Shown here: positions 24,148-34,660 of the stretch, piece after piece
Layout: every line of letters begins with the position of its first letter
How positions within the stretch are numbered: position 1 is the stretch's first letter
Source of the DNA: Utricularia gibba
Taxonomy: Eukaryota > Plantae > Magnoliophyta
Assembly (NCBI GenBank): GCA_002189035.1
Contig: NEEC01000019.1
Span: forward strand, 1,116,001 to 1,180,000
DNA: 64,000 nucleotides
Direction of reading: 5' to 3'
Notes under the pieces: generated by a model
Database searches by the model: none
The model's input: only the letters and a program-made list of their open reading frames with translations
What the model was told of the DNA's origin: nothing
Position numbers and translations under genes: made by a program

Positions 24148-26759
24148 ATAAAATGTTCAAAGATGAAGAAAGATCCAAGATTCGATAATTAAGTAAAACA
24201 TTTGAATATAATTTTTGAAGATTTGATTTGGATTGAAGATAGACCCAATACATCAATCTTAATAAGTATTTTACTATATAAAAATATCTAAGTACCAAAC
24301 TTTTAGTGAGTCTCGAAATTTTTGAGTCATTTTGTAAACATTTGAATAGAGTTCAACATTTTTTTCTTGTTTAATTTTTTTCATGTTATAAAGTTGAACA
24401 TGTATATTTGGTTCTTATGGCAAAAGATTTGTTGAAAAAATTTACTTAATACAATTTTTTTGGATATGTAATTGTTTTAATATATTCATTTACATTTAAT
24501 TTGATATTTGATTTTATTTTATATATTATTTTTTTTAGCAGTCTTTTTGATTATTACTAAACCAATATCATGTGAGAGAATTCAAAATTAATCTCAAGTA
24601 GCCAAAGAAAAGAATTAGATTGAATATTATTATCAAGACACATTTGACTTAATATGTCTAGAAAAGTATGTTATAGAAGTTCAAGTGATTTTGATATCGT
24701 AGTTGATTATATAATTCTATTAAATGATAAATATTGTTATTAATAGTTATTGAGTAGTGTTTGTTTATAGTAACATTTTCAAAATTCGAGTTAGTGAATC
24801 CAATTCTTGGAATTTACATATAAACATAAGGGTAAAATTCGACAATAATAAAAATTATATGCATTTAATATCATTATTGTTTCGATTGTATTTTTAAAAA
24901 ATTAAAAAATAATGAATTTATTATGAATGTCATCTTATTTATTATTTCATATATTCGTAGAATTATAGTCAAATATTTATATTAAAATTTATTAATCTCG
25001 TCACTCAAATAATAATATTTGTAGTTGCTGCTGGGCCCTGGCTGCTGATCTACAACCACCAAACGAAGCACCACAGTCACAAGTTCTGTCTCTGGATGGG
25101 CCCTTTCTGGGCTGTCACCGGACACACGTGTCGCGTTCTGTGTGGTGTTGGGTGATTTAAAAATAATCATCTGAGTCGGTAATAAGATATTTTAATTTAT
25201 TCAATGTTAAATTAATATATTTAAATTAAATTTATTTGTCTCATGTTTTGATATGAAGTTTTATATTTTTTATTTATATAAAAAATATTATTAAAATAAT
25301 CGTGAATAATTTAAAAAACATTTTGAAATAATAATGTAATATTATAATTTACTAAACCTATCAAATACATGAATTTATAATAAATAAAAATAATGGTTTA
25401 GAAAATTGGATACTGTTGTTACTTTTCACATACCTAAACAAATAATTTAGATATAAGATGAGTATTTTTTTCACGTAATGTATAATATATAAATATTTTT
25501 TTCGCACATTATTAATTTTTATTTCATTCCACGTGCCCGCCGGCCACCGAAAATTTGTATCATCCGTCGGCAGGCAATAAAACCAGTACGGAACCCAGGT
25601 GAATTCACTCGTTTCAGATGGCCCTACGGATGGCTCCATTTGCATTAGATTGGTTGGTGGATAGTAAAACAGAATCAATTTGAGAGCAGCCCCAATCAAT
25701 GGAATCCAAGTGCATCTTTTGTGATTTTAGTGTGAGGTATTAAAATAAAATTAATGTCCAAATTATAAATATATTTTTGGGATAGGTAAAAAGTAAATAG
25801 TCTAATTTTCTAATTATTTTAATAAATTCAACAATGCTTAAAAATAATATTTAATTTAACACGACCACGTGTGGTGGATGCGACTAATATTAGATTATAT
25901 TTGATAATAAATAACATGAGATATTCCAACATTCGGTATAATAATAATATATTTGGTAATCGAGATTAAATTTTCCTTGGATATTTTTTTAATCTCTACA
26001 AAACATAAAATTGTATTCATCATCATACTTTTTTATTTTTATACCTTCAATAAGAAAAAATTTATATCAGAATAATCTATATAGATATATTTACAAAACA
26101 CAACCTTAGTTTTTTCTAATGATCCCAAGTTTCCTTTATTGATACCCGCACTCCGCGCACGAGACGCTAGGACACCGGACCCTGGTGTCGCCGGCGACAC
26201 ATTAGGAGCCACCCTCGTGCACCGCCGTGACGACAACGCTTTGTGTTATAAGAACTCCAGCTGTGCTTTGGTGCCTCCGGCAGAATTAAAAAATGTTTGT
26301 CTTCTGTGGCAGCAGAGCAGAGAAGACGCAGTCAAAGAGAACTGACAAGCAACAACCTGATGAATTATGTGGTTCTCTTTTTATTATTGTTTTTTAATCT
26401 ATTTATTTGATTTAAAAAGTCTTTGAATTCTTATTCTTGAAAACTACATGTGCAATTTTCTTAACCAAATGATTTTGTAGTAGGAAAAATATCAATTTTT
26501 TTTATCGAAAATAAAGAAAAAAAATAGTAATAATCAAGAAAATTCGAAACTTGAAGATGACAACAGTTATCGGTGTTAGTTATCAAATATAATAGTATCT
26601 TAAAATGTGTTTGTAGAGCATATACATCAATATACATTTGAACTATGTAATAACTGTTTATTTGAACATAAAAAAGTAAGATACGCCCATGCAAAAATTA
26701 TATGACAAGTGCATTATGATTCTCTACATAGGAAATATGTGATGTTAAAATTAATCCCA

Positions 26760-26985
26760 TATAGTGTGTTTGGTACATGAATAAATTATATTAAGTATAA
26801 GAAAGTATATATAATGAAGTGATATATGACAATATAATTTTATCCCAATCACTCCCCTCTCATTATTTTATTTCATATTCATATTATAAATTATTCTAAG
26901 TATAATTTATCATATCTATCAAACATACTATTTTTCTTTTTCTATTTAATTATCTCTCTTTATAATCACTACCAAACACACTATA
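26760..26985. mobile_element. MITE (Tourist-like GTGTGTTTGG TIR), 226 bp, upstream of FAR-a
   Basis: TATAGTGTGTTTGGTA (26760-26775) and TACCAAACACACTATA (26970-26985) are perfect inverted repeats (17 bp with the outer A/T); AT-rich non-coding core; TA/TATA at both ends. Confidence 0.75.
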
Positions 26986-27244
26986 TAGGCCCATGCATTT
27001 TATGATTAAGACAAGACTTAGTTTCAAGTACCCATATTTAGTGCCATATTTATTTCTCTTTTTTTTATTTAATTAAATTCTGTTGTACATGTGCAATATA
27101 GAATCAATTTCAAGAACACACCTTAAGACCAAGTCAACTGGCTCTGGTTTTTTTTGTTCTATAAATTGCTGGTGGAGTTTCATTAGCCAAGCCATAAACT
27201 TGCTGCCATCTCTTCTTCATTTTCTGTGTTCAGATACTCAAGGC

Positions 27245-29636
27245 ATGGAGATGGGGAGCGTTCTTGAGTTTCTTGACAACAGCGTGATTCTCGTCACCGG
27301 GGGAGCAGGGTTTCTCGCCAAGGGTACGGAAACTGATGCGTTGCTCCTAAAACACAGCAACACTCGTTCACTTAGCTGCGTTAGGATTCCACTAGTGTTA
27401 TGTAATAAAGAGGCTAACAGAATCCATGGAATGCAGTTTTTGTGGAGAAGGTTCTGAGGGTACAGCCCAATGTGAAGAAGCTCTACATTCTTCTCCGGGC
27501 CTCCGATGCTCACTCCGCCATGCTGCGCTTCCGCGAGGAGGTATGCCCAGCTCTGGTTACTGATATATAAAGAAAAAGACATAAAAAAAATGTGGATGGA
27601 AACGACGGGGAGAACTGAGATGGAATGTGCTCCATGAATTTGATTCGACAATCGCCAGATGTCATGAAATTTCAGGGAGTCATGGCGCCTGTCCCCTCTA
27701 CCTTGAAAACAAAGGCAATAAATTCGGGCAACACATGCAGATATCGAGATTGTTGCTGAGAGAATACCTTAAAGTTAACAATGACAATTTTTTAATCCTC
27801 CAGGTTAACAGTTTTCAAGTAACTCATCTTGTGTGTTGCTCAGGTTCTAGTAACGAAGCTGTTTAGGGTTCTGAAAGAGATAAACGGGGAGAACTTCGAT
27901 TCTTTCATTTCTGAAAAAGTTTCTGTCGTGGCTGGAGACATTTCAGTAGAGAATTTTGGGATTAAGGACTCCACCATACTCCAGGAGATGTTAGAACAGG
28001 TCGAAGTTGTCATCAACTTGGCTGCAAACACCAATTTTGATGAAAGGTGGCACCTTTTTTTGTCAGATTAGCACGAAAAGATCGACTTGATTTTACTTTT
28101 GTTTTGCAGATACGATGTATCCATTGAAGTAAACACTTTGGGCGCAAAACATGTGCTCAATTTCTCAAAAGAGTGCAGCAATTTCAAGGTTCTTGTCCAT
28201 GTTTCCACAGGTCAGTTACTTGGACTAACAATGGAATCTTCATTAATTCTTTGCCCTTCTTTTTGATTGTAAGAAATTTACTACAATGCAGCTTATGTCT
28301 GTGGAGAGAAAACCGGCATTATACGAGAAACGCCGTTCAACATGGGGAGAGCTTGAACGGCACGCCGGGGCTGAACATCGACTACGAGAAGAAGCTGGCG
28401 GATGAGACGTTGGCGCAGCTCAAAGCCGACGACTGCTCCGATCAATACATTCAATCATACATGAAAGATCTCGGTATCCGGAGGTACATTTATATGTTTT
28501 GTGTAGCAGCAAATGTTTGAAAAAAACAAATTCTGGGAATGACTTCTGATGTACAGAGCACGAAAATATGGATGGCCAAATACCTACGTCTTCACAAAGG
28601 CGATGGGGGAGATGCTCGTCGGAGAGATGAAAGGGAACCTGCCGGCCATCATCCTTCGACCGACCATGGTAACCAGCACGTACATGGAGCCGTTCCCGGG
28701 GTGGGCAGAAGGCTTTCGGTAACCATTTGTCTTCGAACTTGCGGCAGATGATGCCTCTTGCTCGTGGCATTCATATGAACTTCCCCTTTTATGTCCGTAG
28801 GACTCTTGATTGCATAGCGATTGGGTACGGTGCGGGGAAGTTCAACTGTCTCCTCGCTGATCCGAAAACGATTGTGGATTTGGTGGGTAAAGATGTAATG
28901 GTTGATGCTCTCAAGCCATTCGTCTAGGTTAAAATGAACGTTCCATGCAGATTCCGGTGGACATGGTGGTGAATGCGACGATGTCGGCGATGGTGGCCGG
29001 GGCAAACAGAGCAAATGAAACGATCTACCAAATCGGATCGTCCGTTAGGAATCCCATCGCACTGGGGGATGTGCAAGGATACGCGCAGGCGTACTTCACG
29101 AAAAACCCCTGGGTCGACAAGCACGGCCGCCTGGTCACCGTCGCCCCCTTCATGACACTTTCTTCCTGGAGCAGCTTCAACAGATTCTTGGCATAAGATA
29201 CATGATTCCTTTAAAGGTTTCCCCTCCTTATTTTCCTTCAATAACTCGGATCCATCTTCATCTGGTTCGATTTCTTCAGGGATTCGAAATGCTGAACACC
29301 ATCTGCCTGGACTACTTCAGTGAAACGTACCGCGACCAGCGTCGGAAGCTCGACTTCCTGGTGAAGCTGATGCAACTCTACAACCCGTATTTCTTCTTCA
29401 AAGGACGGTGAGCACTAACTCCATCTTTCCCCTGATGCTTCGCCTGTATCGTTTGGTGCCCGAATGATATTTCTGCAATCCTGGGTGAATGCAGCCTGGA
29501 TGACATCAACACCGAGAAGCTAAGAAGCGGCGGAGTGGAGACGGATCAGTTTAACTTCGATCCACGGAGCTTGAACTGGGAAGACTACTTCTTCCAGGTG
29601 TATTTTCCAGGGCTGGTGAAGTATGTAATGCATTGA
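27245..29636 (+). CDS. FAR: Fatty acyl-CoA reductase (alcohol-forming), FAR-a; 10 exons; two apparent 1-nt deletions
   Basis: Exons 27245-27323, 27437-27540, 27844-28046, 28110-28210, 28292-28483, 28557-28718, 28801-28882, 28951-29216, 29280-29407, 29495-29636. Motifs [35 protein letters not shown] (YxxxK), [31 protein letters not shown]. Frame breaks at 28344-28347 and about 29190-29192. TATA-like CTATAAAT near 27160. Confidence 0.92.
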
Positions 29637-29749
29637 CTGATCATCAGTCCTGACACACAAGTGCAACAAAAGCACATTTCCTCGTTTCCTCCCTAAACTT
29701 TAGTCTTGATCGAATCAAACCAAATGAATTCCCAAGTACATATACATAA

Positions 29750-31950
29750 TTGAATTTTATAAGTATAATTCGAAAAAAATTCAGAAAGTGATGTTAGAAA
29801 TTAAAAATTTGATGGATTTGAAAAACATCACAAAAAACGTATATTATATTATAAAAAATTATATTCAAATAATTATTAGTAATGTATAATTTATTATATA
29901 ATTAATTATTTTAATTTTAAATTCCTACGTAGTATTATTTGTTTTAATACATATAATTATTTAAAAATAAGAAATTCTTGATTATTTCTTTTTTTCTTTT
30001 AAAAGTATTTTCTAACATTTAACAAGTGAGAACAGTCAATACAATAACGAACGGTGGCGAGGGATTGAGCGGTCGTTGTGGAGTCAATACTAGTTTTTTT
30101 TTTTTTTTGATGATCAGTAAATGCCATATCTGTTGCTTTTGTCCCATCAGCATCGTTCCAGCTGCCGCTGAAGTTCTTCCTCGCCGGCGCATGTGGGTAG
30201 TTAATAAGTTCTGCTGGCTGGCCGGCCGGCCGCTTTCTTTAAAAATCAGCACAATTTTTTTATAATTATTATTGGTATAAGAGTAGGATCAGCGTGGTGA
30301 AGAGAGAAAAAGGGAGGAGATTGTATTGGGTTTTTCAGCGTGGTGTAGATCATCCCAGCCTTTTCGAGTTCTGAACCCTGAACTTGAATAGAATCTTGCC
30401 ATATCTTTAACACTTAGACGTGAATGAGACCCGAGTTAGATCCATAGGATCTGTATCTGAATGCGTATGATGACTAGCTCAATCAATCGGCCCAAGGTGC
30501 AATAGAAATAGAGAAACATGGAGGTGTTTAGTTGCATGCAGACTGCTTCATTCCTGCTCACCAGCTATCCGAGGAGCTGAATGTGAACGGGAAAGCGCTT
30601 CTCCACGGGTTACCCATTGCATGGAACTGTCTGAAAACCATGGGAGACTTCACAATCCTTTGTTTCGCACAAAACAGCTTCAGTTTCACAGCCATCCTCA
30701 CCTATTGCGGATTGGAAGCACCGCATTCTAATTGATCGGGTATGATGAATCAGGTTCAATCACCCATGTATCAAAACTCACACAAAAAATAAAGAAAGAC
30801 CAGAAACCAGTTGTCAAGACTGAGTGTTCGACCAGTCAAAACTGACTGAGTTGTGGTGTTTTATACACGTTTCAAGACTATCCACTCCACGTGTCAATCG
30901 GGCGTTTCATGTATTGAACGAGCTTCTCCTAAGTTAGAAGATAATTTTGGAATATTGAAATAAAACCAAGTAGTAAAGGCTACAGAAGTGGGCAACTTAG
31001 TCAACCCTAGTTTCGCGGGTTTATTAGGTTGTTGAGATCTGAAACTTTGTCTCATTAAATCCTGTTTTCATGTGAAGTTTGTTACTTTTAATTCTATAAA
31101 AGTTGATATCCACAGCTTGTGTTTGTATCTCCTCTATTGCAATAAATTTTACTCTTCATTCATTTACTCTTCCAATCCAAAACCCTCATTTTTGTTTCTG
31201 TTTTTTCTTATATGATTTTCTGTGAGAATTCATCCTATTTTTTTTTATCTATCACCAGTTACCCCCTAGGACCTAAATCTTTCAAATGCATCAGGGTCTT
31301 TTAAATTCGGTTCTAATTTATATGAGATATCAATTCATTAGTTTTAATGGACTTAAGAATAAATTGGACCTTATGCATAATTTTAATGGGTTTAAGAATG
31401 AATTGGATCTTATGTATCAAGTTGGTAGACTTTGAAACCCAAAAAGCTACACATACAATCAAAATGCAAAACCGATCCCAAAAACCTCTGGTATGTGGTG
31501 TCCAACTCTGGCAATTTGGTATCGGTCAGCTTCAGCTTCGGACCGCTTCTTTTAAATCAACTATCGCACTTGACATTGACTGTTCATCATCATCACTAAT
31601 TCCTCCAGTCGGTATCAACCATCAACCAACCCTCCTTTGTCCGGTTGGCACCAACCTCTCCTCTTCCCTTCCAAGTTGGTGATGATCGAGCCAAATCTGG
31701 TACTGAGTGTAGACATGAATTCAATTAAGAAATGATTCATTTAAGTATAAGCAGTTGGGTGATCCAATCCTCTGCACTGGCGCCTTTCCATCCGCACAAT
31801 TCATGGCGGTTGGCTTTTCAGGCAGGAAGCATCCTGTAAGAATATTGCATAGTGTACTTGTCGGATGGTGATCTGTAAATATGATCCACGTGACCAAATT
31901 GGTGATACTTGGTATTCGTTTTTTTTATTAATATGAGATTGACCGAATTT
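29750..31950. repeat. Spacer block upstream of FAR-b, duplicated upstream of FAR-c (about 39100-39580 and 41140-41920)
   Basis: Alignable by eye: 29955-30370 with 39155-39580; 30650-30790 with 41150-41460; 31540-31950 with 41560-41920. The copies differ by substitutions, indels and TE insertions. Confidence 0.85.
30812..31284 (+). mobile_element. Probable solo LTR (copia-type termini)
   Basis: Absent from the paralogous spacer (41460-41490). Starts TGTCAAG and ends CCCCCTAGG...TTTCA, resembling Sirevirus/Opie-type LTR ends. Internal CTATAAAAG and AATAAA. No matching 5-bp TSD (ccagt vs aatgc). Confidence 0.5.
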
Positions 31951-31952
31951 GT

Positions 31953-34549
31953 AAATGCAGTCTTTACGTCCATCTGAAAAATCTTTCAAGTTTTTCATCG
32001 TAAATGTATTGCCAATGTTATGATCAAGTGAACAGTTTCAAGTTTCCCATACCAGCAAACACTTCATCGTAATGAATACCTTCCTTTTGACCATAGTCTT
32101 TAGCAGCGTTAAACTTCTCCATTTGATTTCTTATTGATTTTATAGATCCGCTTAACCCCAACAATATTTTGCTTCGTTCATCGCCTTTTTTCACTCAAAA
32201 TTACCAACACCTTGCTCAAAAGTCAGGTTCTGCTAGAGAAAATAGACAGAAATAGAAGTGGCTCACCTCTAAGGACATTGATAGGTCCACTTCATAATCA
32301 TCAAGATGACTTGGTCCACATCTTGATGAAGGAGTCACATTATTGAAGTAGGTGGAATAGTAGGAGTGATTGGGGTTATTGGAGTGTCCTCATCACCATT
32401 ATTTCCTTGTCCTTCAAATGGCTCAAAGTCATCTTCCAACTTATCATAAAAAAATACACTGATTCGCTTCAGAATTCCATTCCCAACAAGCACCTACCAC
32501 ATCCCTACTCAAAAATACTTTTCAACATTCTGGATCAAATAACCGGATAGCATCTGGATGTTTGATCATAGCCAATATATACCAATTTTTTTTGATTTCT
32601 CATCCAGCTTTCCTTGTGACTCATCTGCTATATGCATATAAGCAATGCAACAAAATACTCTCGAATGAAATACTCTTGGTTTTATACCACTCCACGCCTC
32701 TTGAGGTGCTCATCCTGACACTTTCTTTGTAACTAATCTGTTTAGCAAGTGAACAGCTGTGATAGCAGCATCTCCTTAAAGCTCATTAGGGATATTCTGT
32801 CTTCAATATGCTTCTTACCATATTCATGATCATCCTATTTTGCCTTTCAACAGTACCATTTTGTTGTGGTGTTCGTAATGCTGTCAGGCCTTTATAAATA
32901 CCAAGTTCTTCACAGAATTATAGAAATTGATTTGGAGTAAATTCTTCTCCTCTGTCAGTCTTTGTAGTCTTGAGTTTCAAGCTACTTTGTATTTCAACCA
33001 TGGTTTGAAAATTCTTGAAGTAATTAAATACTTCAGATTTTTCTTTCATACCAACAGCCATATCATTCTTACTGAGATCACGTAGATGACTGAAATTTAT
33101 ATGGCCAAAACGTAAATGTCATAACCGAGATTCTGAATTATAGGCTGCTGCCAGACAAATAGGCTGAGTGTGATCAAGCCTTAAAAAAAGAATAGTCTAT
33201 TCGGAGTCATCTCCATATGTGGCAGAATATCCCCTTCATCATTTGTCAAAATCAATTTGTTATGACATAAGTATATGTCAAATTCCTTTTCAAGTAATTT
33301 TCCCAAGCTTAATATATTATTCTTCATACTTGAAGTTGGATGATTGTCATCATCCAACTTCAACATAATAGAACCTTTTCCAACAATCGTAATCTTTGAA
33401 GAATCCCCTAATGTAATTTCTCCTCCATAGGATTTATCAAGAATAGAAAATATATCTTTATAGCCACACATATGGCTATTTGCTCTAGAAATCGAGATAC
33501 CAAGTTTTCAAATTTTCAGAATCCTTTTCCTTATAAGGCATAATCAATACATGTTCAGATGAGAATTCTGTTATGTCACCTTGGAGAAGATTGGATTGCT
33601 AATTTTCACTATTTTCTCTGCACTCCCAAGAGTGATGTCCCATCTTGTGATAAGTGTAACACTCAACATGAGATTTATCCATATTTTGTGGTCCACCATA
33701 ATTGGTGAATGACCCTCTTGGTTTCTAACGACCACGTTCTCTTCCATTCCATTGTCCTCAATTATAGGAACTAGCCTCATCAGATTTCCTTGTTTAGTTC
33801 CTCTACCATATGATCTTCCACGAGCCTTGTTTAATTCCTAGAATCTTTTTGCTCATCCTTTTTGTTCACTTCTTTTACTTGAAGTAACTGGGGCTGACTA
33901 GGAGCTTCATCTTTGCTATTTAAGTAACTTCAAAAGCCTAAAGAGAAACGTTCAGCTCACCTTCAGACATGTCAGTAACATCATTTGCCTCTTCAATTGC
34001 TATGTCACATAATCAAATTTTGGATCAAGAAACCTCAAGATCTTTTCCACAATATGAGACTCTTCAACTTTCTCACCAAGCCATTGCATCTGATTTGTGA
34101 TTCCTTGCATCTGAATCACATAATCTGAGATACTCTCCCCACATCTTTGTCGCCTCAAAATCCTTTAAGGTTTGCAACTTAACTCATTTCACTCAATCAA
34201 CACCTTGAAATAATGCTTTCAGCATGCAACCTTTTAAAAAATTTTCTCATCCAACGCTTGGTAAATCAATGTCAGTGTTCTTGTCTTTCTTAACACTAAT
34301 AGCATCAGTGGGTGTTGTTGAAATCATGTCAAGGCAGGAACAGAGAGTGTGGCATTATTATTTACCATAATCGAATCAACCAAACAAGAAATAGGGAACA
34401 TCATTTCTTTTCATTTTAGTTGAAATATTTATTCTTAATACAACTTGAAACTACCTAATAACTTACCAACCTTCCTGGTATTATCCTAACACTAAAAATA
34501 AATACACTACAATTTCCTAATAACTCCAAGTTGTCAATTTTACTTAACA
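31953..34549 (-). mobile_element. Degenerate, 3'-truncated Ty1/copia LTR retrotransposon
   Basis: Minus strand, in gag-PR-IN-RT order: TGTTAAG start at 34549; zinc knuckle VECYTYHKMGHHSWECR (about 33630-33680); protease WYLD...HMCG (about 33460-33500); integrase TDRGEEF and TPQQNGTVERQNR (about 32830-32960); RT YGQKEGIHYDEVFA and IFQMDVKTAF (31953-32100). Many stops and frameshifts; no RNase H or 3' LTR. Confidence 0.9.
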
Positions 34550-34660
34550 ATAAAGTATTGTTGCTCCTTTTTGCTTCTCCCATAAATATGCCATAATGGA
34601 GGATCATGGAAATCACAACACCAGCCAAAACTTTGCCTCTTTTTTATATGTAATCAGTCC

